From: Macrostomum hystrix
Taxonomy: Eukaryota > Animalia > Platyhelminthes
Length of the DNA: 64,000 nucleotides
Reading direction: 5' to 3'
Assembly: GCA_950097015.1 (NCBI GenBank)
Contig: CATNEN010000039.1
Span: 3,844,001-3,908,000, forward strand
Shown: in pieces, positions 51,701 through 61,500 of the stretch
Layout: each line of letters begins with the position of its first letter
How positions within the stretch are numbered: the stretch's first letter is position 1
Notes under the pieces: model-generated
The model's database searches: none
Told to the model about the DNA's origin: nothing
Seen by the model: only the letters and a program-made list of their open reading frames with translations
Translations under genes and position numbers: made by a program

Positions 51701-54700
51701 AGAGGTTGGCTCGAGTAACTGTACATCGGGGTAGAGTTTGGCTGGAGTGACTGTACATCGGGGTAGAGTTTGGCTGGAGTAACTGTACATCGGTGTAGAG
51801 GGGGCGGAAATTAATCTGCATTGGTGTAAAGTTTGGCAGGACACAATGAGGTTGAAGAAGAGCGCACACTGTGGGATGATTAAAAGTACATGGCGGGATG
51901 AACAGTCTGAAAAGTCTAAAACGAGTTCAGTACTCGTAATTTTTCTTTTTTAATGGCAAATCCGTGGATCGCCATACTTTATTGAACGAGTTAAAATAAT
52001 TAAATGTGAAAATACTTAGCAAATACTAAGCATAGCATTTTAGAGTACGCACACTCTGTCATTTAGAAAGATCTACTACTAGCTACTGAAATTACAATAG
52101 GGCAATCTGGTAGAATCGAACTAAAAAAGAAGCTCAAAGAGCAGCAATCAGTTTGCTCTCGAGTAGAAACTTAAGTCCCCCAGCTCCCAACCTCCCTATA
52201 CACAGAGTAAAAGAGTCCCAATACTAATATTTGACAAATATAGCTAGTGAGCATAGTGAGCATAGTGAGCATAGTGAGCATAGTGAGCTCAGAAGATTAG
52301 GAAGTTCTCATAAAACTTCTTTATACATAGATATATGCAGAGATCGAGCAGTGGCTAGAAACTCTTGGACAGAAGGATAAAGAGGCCAAGCCACTCTGTA
52401 ATGTTTGCATTGCAATATCAGATGGAAGCACGCTCACAAGTATCCCAATCCGAGTCTAAGCCACATCTGAGTTCCTCTTTAGCTAAAATTCTTCTCCTAC
52501 TTTATAAAAGCTTCGATTTTCCCCTCATTATATCAGGCTTAATTACAGGTGGTATCAGACAAAAAGCACATTAAACAGTAGCAAGACCACAGGGGGGTAT
52601 TTCAAATACCAATGCAATGCCATGAAAATCCAGAACACATGCTAAAAGTTTCCGCTCCTCTGAAAAAATCGCTGAATATCTCGACGATGGTAACTCGGAC
52701 GACTTTGAAAATTAGCTCATCGTAAAGGGCTAAAGATTTTGATGTCGTGAAGTAGGCAGCGGGTATTCGAAATGCCCTCGTGGTCTCTCCACTGCTAAGA
52801 TGCTTTGAAATGCAGGCAAGGGCAAACAGCAACACGGCCTCACCCTGATCCGGCGACAGCGTGGCAAAGCTGACGGACTTTTTCTTGCCCATCCGACCGT
52901 TTCCGCTGCCGGTGGCGGCGGCGGCAGCTGCAACGGCAGCAGCGGAGGCCGAATCCAGCAGGCCGGCGTCGCTGGACTTCCTGGCGATGGTTGACAGCTC
53001 CAGCGTAGTCCTGCTGTGCTTGGGCAGCTGGATGATGTGCGGATGGTGGGCATAGTAGCGAGACGCGTAGGGCAGGGTGCCGCCGTCCTCCTCCGGCTGG
53101 TCGCCGGCAGCCGCCGACGATACTTCCTCGGCAGCGGCCGAAGCCGCATTCTCGTCAGGCGTCATGAGGAAGTGAATTTCACCGGAGCCGCGACCGCCGC
53201 CATTCTTGGCACCCTCACTGTCGTCATCGTCGTCATCGTCACGATCGGCGTTGATGGAGAATTTGACGCGTGGATTAGCTGACAACAGGTGCACCTGCTG
53301 CTGATGCTGGCTATTGTTTGCACCTGGCTGCGGCTGCTTGGCCAGTGCTTCCAGGTTGTTAGCTGAAGAGGAAGGCTTCTTATCCTGCCAGGATCGCGGG
53401 TTGATGATGCGGTTGTCGCGCATAAAATGCCTGTGGTGATTCTGCTGATCGTCTTGGTCCCGCTCAGACTTGGCCAGGTTGTTGCTGAGGGCCTCCATGT
53501 CCAGGACTGGGTCGCAGGGCTCCTGATAAGTCTCAACGTCCAACTCGTGCAGGGTCTCACCGACGGACAGGTTGTGGCGCACTATGGGTGGCAGATTCAG
53601 GCTGCGGTGCGACGAAGAGCTGTGGACCATGCCCGTGTTTCTGCGGTGGGTTGGAGACGGGTGTGAGTTAGCTCATTATCTATACCGATTGCACGCAGTT
53701 TAACCTAATTAAAACCCCCTGGTTGGTTATACGAGACCTCAGTTGGTCATAACCAAACCCCATTTGATCACATCTAAACCTAGTTGGTCATACTAAAACC
53801 CAGTTGGTCATACTGAAACCCAGTTGGTCATACTGAAACCCAGTTGGTCATACTGAAACCCAGTTGGTCATACTGAAACCCAGTTGGTCATACTGAAACC
53901 CAGTTGGTCATACTGAAACCCAGTTGGTCATACTGAAAACCCAGTTGGTCATACTGAAACCCAGTTGGTCATACTGAAACCCAGTTGGTGATAGTCAGAC
54001 TCCAGCAGCAAATGACGCAACTGACCCCATCGAGCTGACCCGCCGAATCGCGTAGACCATGGAATCGGATCGCAGAGCATTCAAATCGATCAGCGATTTG
54101 CTTTGAGTGGCGAATTTCAAAAACTCGTCGGCCACAATTTTGCGGTGCAATTCGTAGATACCTTCGTCCTGGGCCTCGTTGTACACCTTGGACTTGAGCA
54201 GAGCTCGCCGCATGTACTTGTCATTCAACCGGTTCCATCTGGCGTGTTTGAAACAGTTAAATAGCTTTTGAGATGACAGATTTATTAACAGTTAAAAGAC
54301 CAAAGGAGCATTTCAAATACCAACCTGTTTCCTGTTTCTGTTTCTCCCAAAATATTCATCCAATCGCCATGAATATCCAGAACATGATCTAACATTTTCT
54401 ATTTCTATTTTCTAACCGGCCTATTGGCTATTAATTCTGTGCTTTTATTATTTAATCGGCCTAGGCCGATTAAACATATAGTCTATGGTCACAGTTGCTG
54501 TAAACAGTTTTAGGTTTGCAATCTCGTGAGCCGGGCCAAGCTTTAGGATTAAATACTATAATACCCCCCTGAAATCGTTGTCTATGGCCTTGGAACAGCT
54601 TCGGACTGCGCTTCTGGGCCTCGGCTTCGCCTCGGCCAAGAAACGCGTCCTCAGCCTTTCCTAGGCCAAAGAAACGAAATCAGGGGGGTATTATTCTATA

Positions 54701-57700
54701 CTTAACCAATTTTCACCGATAGACAACTCACCCCAGGTAAACTCGCTTCATCAGAGGCTGATAGCCGGTTAGAGAGCCCATGAAGAAGCCAACATAGTCG
54801 CAAGTCTACGCAGGATGGGTTAGGATGAAAAGCTTCAACAGTCTGAATCAAGTTGAAGAAAATAATCTAGGCTCCTGACCTCACTCACCCGGTTCATAAT
54901 CTGATCCCACAGGCTGTCCTCGACACTCTCATCGATTTGGATCTTGGCTAGCATGATTAGCGGCTTCAGAGTTATGCCCTGCAGTAAGTGAAAGGTCGTG
55001 TAAATAACTAACGTTATAAAGTAACGACTTAAAAATTGAGCCTTTAACGCAAGCCAACGTACATAGTTTCTTAAATAGCTAATTAAACCAAAGAAAAAAG
55101 CAAGCGATTTAAGCGCTACCAAACTAGTTTTTCTGTTGAATGAGAGAGTCATTTTGTTTCACTTACCGAACCCTAAAAAGTAACGATTCATTTTCATGGA
55201 ATCACCCTAAAAGGTAACGATTCATTTTCATGGAATCACCCTAAAAGGTAACGATTCATTTTCATGGAATCACCCTAAAAAGTAACGATTCATTTTCATG
55301 GAATCACCCTAAAAGGTAACGATTCATTTTCATGGAATCACCCTAAAAAGTAACGATTCATTTTCATGGAATCACCCTAAAAAGTAACGATTCATTTTCA
55401 TGGAATCACCCTAAAAAGTAACGATTCATTTTCATGGAATCACCCTAAAAAGTAACGATTCATTTTCATGGAATCACCCTACAAAGTAACGATTCATTTT
55501 CATGGAATCACCCTAAAAAGTAACGATTCATTTTCATGGAATCACCCTAAAAATTAACGATTCATTTTCATGGAATCACCCTAAAAAGAAATTACTTTTA
55601 AGATATTATATAAGGTGTTGAAATTAAAACGAATTAAATGGAACTTGATTTATCGCTCCAAAAACGCCACGTTACGTAAATTCAACAAACTCGCTACTTT
55701 TTAACGTAGCATCGATTTGTGTAAGGCATCGAGTATTTAAAAGTAACGAGTTGGTCAACGCAGGCAGACCTAAAAGCTACGAAAACACAAACCAGCGTAC
55801 ACAGAAGCAAATAATTTGTCAACGCAAGGAGACCATTAAAATCGCCACTTTTTTAATTCGTTAAAACTTGGTTGTTTAGATACGGAAAAACGTTAATTAA
55901 AAAAACAAATGAACTTCTCACATTAATGAAGCAGGTCAGCAACACCATCATCATGGTGCAGGCAAAGAAGTGGTCAGAATATTTGTAGTGATCTTTCTTT
56001 AGCATCAGGCTCAGAGCCAAAGCGATGGCGCCACGCAGGCCGCCGTAGGACAGAATGAAAAAGTCCGAGGCTCGGAGATCCGTAAGAGAGGCCAGCTTGA
56101 GCAGGTAGCCAATGCCATAGACACCTGTTAGTGATTAAGATGCCACTTGATCGTTCTGACAGATGCAAACACGCAAACAGGGGATAGCTGACTGCAAACT
56201 AGGGATAGCTGGCGGCAAACAGGGGATAGCTGACAGCAAACTAGCGATAGCTGGCGGCAAACAGGGGATAGCTGACAGCAAACTAGCGATAGCTGGCGGC
56301 AAACAGGGGATAGCTGACAGCAAACTAGGGATAGCTGGCGGCAAACAGGGGATAGCTGACAGCAAACTAGCGATAGCTGGCGGCAAACAGGGGATAGCTG
56401 ACAGCAAACTAGGGATAGCTGACATCAAACTAGGGATACCTGACGGCAAACTGTGCATAGCTGACGGCGAAATGGTAATAGCTGACAGCAAACTGGGCAT
56501 AGCTGACAGCGAAATGGGAATAGCTGACAGCAAAATGGGCATAGCTGACAGCGAAATGGGAATAGCTGACAGCAAAATGGGCATAGCTGACAGCGAAATG
56601 GGAATAGCTCTGCCCGAGTAGCTCAATTAAGCAACATTTACAATCAGCTGGGAAGAGAACACAACGCTGTAGTACTCACAGGCAAACCTGAGCAGTATGC
56701 ACAGCACCAGAGTGATGAAGATGAACGGCACATCGATGACCCCAGTAGGTGTTTTGTCGCCGAAGAACAGCTGCAGAGCTGAGACGCCCATGACCAGGTA
56801 GATGAAGCCTTCGGATATTTCAGCGTAACTTTTGGTACTTTGCCGTAAAAAACTCTGCGAGATCGGCGTCAGGTTGGCCAAGTAAATTGACATCACGATG
56901 GAACAGACGAACGTACTGCGGTGACGGCATTCAGCGGAACGTGATGAACTAGTGCAAATTTAACTGATCATTTTTATACTAAAAGTACTAAGAGCGTACT
57001 TAAAAATAAAAATAACCGCTTTTGTACCGCTAAGACTCTTCTACCCGCTTTGAGACCATAATAAAAATGTTTTCTACCCCTTCTATGAGAGCTCTTTGGG
57101 CCTGTTTTCTACCCTTCTATGAGAGCTCTTTGGGACAGTTTCTACCCCTTCTATGAGAGCTCTTTGGGCCTGTTTTCTACCCCTTCTATGAGAGCTCTTT
57201 GGGCCTGTTTTCTACCCCTTCTATGAGAGCTCTTTGGGACAGTTTCTACCCCTTCTATGAGAGCTCTTTGGGCCTGTTTTCTACCCCTTCTATGAGAGCT
57301 CTTTGGGCCTGTTTTCTACCCCTTCTATGAGAGCTCTTTGGGCCTGTTTTCTACCCCTTCTATGAGAGCTCTTTGGGCCTGTTTTCTACCCCTTCTATGA
57401 GAGCTCTTTGGGCTGTTTTCTACCCCTTCTATGAGAGCTCTTTGGGGCTGTTTTCTACCCCTTCTATGAGAGCTCTTTGGGGCTGTTTTCTACCCCTTCT
57501 ATGAGCTCTTTGGGGCTGTTTTCTACCCCTTCTATGAGAGCTCTTTGGGGCTGTTTTCTACCCCTTCTATGAGAGCTTTTTGGGGCTGTTTTCTACCCTT
57601 CATTACCCGTCATTTAACTCCTAAAGTAGCGAATGGCAAAAAGTTGAGAAAATGAACGCCCGCTGTAAGAAATGTCGAGTGACGAGCCACACCAAAACAA

Positions 57701-58486
57701 GCGAAAAAGAAATTAATTTCAGCTGTTCGCGCTAAGCCATCAAGACGCAGTGAAAACTTTGTTACAGGGTAGGAACCCACTGCTTCTGGTCTACGTCCCT
57801 TACTAATGCCCGTTCAGGCAGTACATTGTTTACAGTAAAAAGGCTGCAGAACCAGTGGCTGTTTAACTGTAATCCAACCAATATCTTTGCCATCTTTTAA
57901 AAGCCTGCTTTAAAGATAGCCAACAGTAATTCTTTACATTTTTAAAACTTTCATATTTCGCACGAACAATAATACGGCTCGTCATAAGACCTAAATGCGA
58001 ATAATTTACTAAAGAAATAAATGCTAATTTTAACTCGTGCGATGCTGCTGAGACAAGACCGTGCTACAACTCTAGCTGCGATTCCAGCAATGATTCCAGC
58101 TGCGATTCCAGCAGTGATTTAAGCTAGGATTCGAGCTACATCGAAGGCCCGTTAATGTGATATAAATATTTAAAAAAATAAAGAAAACTTATCGCCTACG
58201 CTCACGATAAAATGCCAGACGCGGCAATGAGCTCTGCCAGGAAGAAGCTCAGATAGCCTGAAATAACCACAATGAGCACAGCCAGATTTTGATTGCCAGC
58301 GTTGGGCAGAATGCGCATCAAGCCGGAGGCCAGGATTCCACAGGCGACGCCGATGACCAAGCCGGTGACGGCAACGTGCACGCTGTACAAAGCCGTGCCG
58401 CCAACTTGAAGAGGCGTCGGATGCCACTCGTCCTTGCCGTGGATAACCATCTCCGATTTTGCCTGGGTGAACATGTTGTACAGTAC
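45717..58486 (-). CDS. Sodium/hydrogen exchanger (SLC9A / NHE, plasma-membrane NHE1-5/Nhe2-like), 5'-partial
   Basis: Exons 58486-58206, 56915-56680, 56124-55922, 54978-54889, 54805-54732, 54238-54026, 53640-52844, 46954-46799, 46338-46240, 45769-45717 with consistent phases (2,1,0,0,2,2,1,1,1). NHE signatures VLY..F, YLSFFLAE..SGILS, SEGFIY, YGGLRGAIA, GITLKPLI; long cytoplasmic tail. The last three exons are less certain. Confidence 0.9.
45770..46155. repeat. 34-bp minisatellite (CTACTGACACACTGGGTGTCAGGAGTGAGAGGGC)n
   Basis: About 11 units, internal stem CTGACAC/GTGTCAG. Confidence 0.93.
46240..46338 (-). CDS. NHE tail exon (DNEVAEPSEEFKYEVNILDSLPWNRGHDSDRMD)
   Basis: ttttctcacag acceptor, gtgagt donor, 99 nt, phase 1 to 1. 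Confidence 0.75.
46799..46954 (-). CDS. NHE tail exon (GMLDPRTQQ...QGRFQVRV...PYIRID)
   Basis: catcccag acceptor, G|gtaatt donor, 156 nt, phase 1 to 1. Confidence 0.7.
47349..50999. repeat. 27-bp satellite (GGATTTGGAGTAGGGATTTCTAATACC)n, about 135 units, intronic
   Basis: Seen directly; recurrent variant cassette at about 48120, 49254, 49578 and 50820. Confidence 0.98.
51597..51802. repeat. 32-33-bp minisatellite (CGGGGTAGAGGTTGGCTGGAGTGACTGTACAT)n
   Basis: About 6 units. Confidence 0.9.
52245..52289. repeat. 9-bp tandem (AGTGAGCAT)n
   Basis: 5 units. Confidence 0.9.
52844..53640 (-). CDS. NHE large low-complexity cytoplasmic-tail exon
   Basis: caccgcag acceptor (phase 2), CAGG|gtgagg donor; GC-rich coding-like ORF 52602-53630. 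Confidence 0.85.
53745..53990. repeat. 20-bp minisatellite (CAGTTGGTCATACTGAAACC)n
   Basis: About 12 units filling a short NHE intron. Confidence 0.93.
54026..54238 (-). CDS. NHE exon (WNRLNDKYMRRALL...RRVSSMG)
   Basis: cgccag acceptor, GG|gtcagt donor; homologous to the NHE1 LNRFNKKYVKKCL region. Confidence 0.85.
54558..54694. mobile_element. 137-bp palindromic MITE-like element
   Basis: Perfect 15-bp TIR ATAATACCCCCCTGA / TCAGGGGGGTATTAT with further imperfect internal symmetry around a central CCTCGGCTTCGCCTCGG. Confidence 0.65.
54732..54805 (-). CDS. NHE 74-nt exon (TCDYVGFFMGSLTGYQPLMKRVYLG)
   Basis: gcgtag acceptor, gtgagt donor; phase 0 to 2 as required by the neighbouring exons. 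Confidence 0.75.
54889..54978 (-). CDS. NHE exon (GITLKPLIMLAKIQIDESVEDSLWDQIMNR)
   Basis: ctgcag / gtgagt; NHE G.T.KPL motif after the last TM. Confidence 0.9.
55170..55588. repeat. 34-bp minisatellite (CCCTAAAAAGTAACGATTCATTTTCATGGAATCA)n
   Basis: About 12 units. Confidence 0.95.
55922..56124 (-). CDS. NHE exon with YGGLRGAIA signature
   Basis: ctaacag acceptor, gtgag donor; CVYGIGYLLK...FFILSYGGLRGAIALALS...TCFIN. Confidence 0.93.
56170..56610. repeat. 21-bp (42-bp dimer) minisatellite (AACTAGGGATAGCTGACAGCA)n
   Basis: Seen directly, fills an NHE intron. Confidence 0.92.
56680..56915 (-). CDS. NHE TM exon (STFVCSIVM...SEGFIYLVMGVS...LLRFA)
   Basis: accgcag / gtgagt; phases 2 to 1. Confidence 0.92.
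57068..57600. repeat. ~35-bp minisatellite (TTTTCTACCCCTTCTATGAGAGCTCTTTGGGCCTG)n
   Basis: About 15 units. Confidence 0.95.
58206..58486 (-). CDS. NHE TM exon (VLYNMFT...YLSFFLAELIAASGILS)
   Basis: gtccag / gtgag; this is the exon that follows the conserved ND motif in NHEs; upstream exons lie outside the window. Confidence 0.92.
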
Positions 58487-58561
58487 CTGGACAATGGGAT
58501 GGGTGAAATCTGGAGCAATCAGTGCTTGCTAGCCGTTTTTTGTTTACTGGTCTTGTTCTGT

Positions 58562-61500
58562 TCATTCTACCTAAATCAGGGTCATTCTAATTGAATCAGG
58601 GTCATTCTACCTGAATCAGGGTCATTCTAATTGAATCAGGGTCATTCTAATTGAATCAGGGTCATTCTAATTGAATCAGGGTCATTCTAATTGAATCAGG
58701 GTCATTCTACCTGAATCAGGGTCATTCTAATTGAATCAGGGTCATTCTAATTGAATCAGGGTCATTCTAATTGAATCAGGGTCATTCTACCTGAATCAGG
58801 GTCATTCTAATTGAATCAGGGTCATTCTAATTGAATCAGGGTCATTCTACCTGAATCAGGGTCATTCTACCTGAATCAGGGTCATTCTACCTGGATCAGG
58901 GTCATTCTACCTGAATCAGGGTCATTCTACCTGAATCAGGGTCATTCTAACTGGATCAGGGTCATTCTAATTGAATCAGGGTCATTCTAACTGGATCAGG
59001 GTCATTCTACCTGAATCAGGGTCATTCTAACTGGATCAGGGTCATTCTAATTGAATCAGGGTCATTCTAACTGGATCAGGGTCATTCTAATTGAATCAGG
59101 GTCATTCTAATTGAATCAGGGTCATTCTACCTGAATCAGGGTCATTCTACCTGAATCAGGGTCATTCTACCTGGATCAGGGTCATTCTACCTGAATCAGG
59201 GTCATTCTACCTGAATCAGGGTCATTCTAACTGGATCAGGGTCATTCTACCTGTATCAGGGCCATTCAACCTGAATCAGGGCCATTCTACCTAGATCAGG
59301 GTCATTCTACCTGGATCAGGGTCATTCTACCTGGATCAGGGTCATTCTACCTGGATCAGGGTCATTCTACCTGTATCAGGGCCATTCAACCTGAATCAGG
59401 GTCATTCTACCTGGATCAGGGTCATTCAACCTGGATCAGGGTCATTCTACCTGTATCAGGGCCATTCTAACTGGATCAGGGTCATTCTACCTGAATCAGG
59501 GCCATTCAACCTGAATCAGGGCCATTCAACCTGAATCAGGGTCATTCTACCTGGATCAGGGTCATTCTACCTGGATCAGGGTCATTCTACCTGGATCAGG
59601 GTCATTCTACCTGAATCAGGGTCATTCTACCTGGATCAGGGTCATTCTACCTGGATCAGGGTCATTCTACCTGGATCAGGGTCATTCTACCTGGATCAGG
59701 GTCATTCTACCTGGATCAGGGTCATTCTACCTGGATCAGGGTCATTCTACCTGAATCAGGGTCATTCTACCTGAATCAGGGTCATTCTACCTGGATCAGG
59801 GTCATTCTAACTGGATCAGGGTCATTCTACCTGTATCAGGGCCATTCAACCTGAATCAGGGCCATTCTACCTAGATCAGGGTCATTCTACCTGGATCAGG
59901 GTCATTCTACCTGGATCAGGGTCATTCTAACTGGATCAGGGTCATTCTACCTGTATCAGGGCCATTCAACCTGAATCAGGGCCATTCTACCTAGATCAGG
60001 GTCATTCTACCTGGATCAGGGTCATTCTACCTGGATCAGGGTCATTCTACCTGGATCAGGGTCATTCTACCTGTATCAGGGCCATTCAACCTGAATCAGG
60101 GTCATTCTACCTGAATCAGGGCCATTCAACCTGAATCAGGGTCATTCTACCTGGATCAGGGCCATTCTACCTGAATCAGGGTCATTCTACCTGGATCAGG
60201 GTCATTCTAACTGGATCAGGGTCATTCTACCTGTATCAGGGCCATTCTAACTGGATCAGGGTCATTCTACCTGGATCAGGGTCATTCAACCTGAATCAGG
60301 GTCATTCTACCTGTATCAGGGCCATTCTAACTGGATCAGGGTCATTCTACCTGAATCAGGGCCATTCAACCTGAATCAGGGTCATTCTACCTGTATCAGG
60401 GTCATTCTAACTGAATCAGGGTCATTCTACCTGTATCAGGGCCATTCAACCTGAATCAGGGTCATTCTACCTGGATCAGGGCCATTCTACCTGAATCAGG
60501 GTCATTCTACCTGGATCAGGGTCATTCTAACTGGATCAGGGTCATTCTACCTGAATCAGGGCCATTCAACCTGAATCAGGGTCATTCTACCTGAATCAGG
60601 GTCATTCTACCTGGATCAGGGTCATTCTAACTGGATCAGGGTCATTCTACCTGTATCAGGGCCATTCTAACTGGATCAGGGTCATTCTACCTGAATCAGG
60701 GTCATTCTACCTGGATCAGGGTCATTCTAACTGGATCAGGGTCATTCTACCTGTATCAGGGCCATTCTAACTGGATCAGGGTCATTCTACCTGGATCAGG
60801 GTCATTCAACCTGAATCAGGGTCATTCTACCTGTATCAGGGCCATTCTAACTGGATCAGGGTCATTCTACCTGAATCAGGGTCATTCTACCTGTATCAGG
60901 GCCATTCAACCTGAATCAGGGCCATTCAACCTGAATCAGGGTCATTCTACCTGGATCAGGGTCATTCTAACTTGATCAGGGTCATTCTAACTTGATCAGG
61001 GTCATTCTACCTGTATCAGGGCCATTCTACCTGGATCAGGGTCATTCTACCTGAATCAGGGCCATTCAACCTGAATCAGGGCCATTCAACCTGAATCAGG
61101 GTCATTCTACCTGAATCAGGGCCATTCTACCTAGATCAGGGTCATTCTACCTGGATCAGGGTCATTCTACCTGGATCAGGGTCATTCTACCTGGATCAGG
61201 GTCATTCTACCTGTATCAGGGCCATTCAACCTGAATCAGGGTCATTCTACCTGGATCAGGGTCATTCTACCTGAATCAGGGTCATTCTACCTGAATCAGG
61301 GTCATTCTACCTGGATCAGGGTCATTCTACCTGAATCAGGGCCATTCAACCTGAATCAGGGTCATTCTACCTGAATCAGGGTCATTCAACCTGAATCAGG
61401 GTCATTCTACCTGTATCAGGGTCATTCTAACTGGATCAGGGTCATTCTACCTGAATCAGGGTCATTCTAACTGGATCAGGGTCATTCTAACTGAATCAGG

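Noticed and set aside
52602-52843. C-terminal extension of ORF 52602-53630 as the NHE end
   Set aside because: Composition shifts after a consensus donor at 52843 and in-phase downstream exons exist; intron retention cannot be excluded
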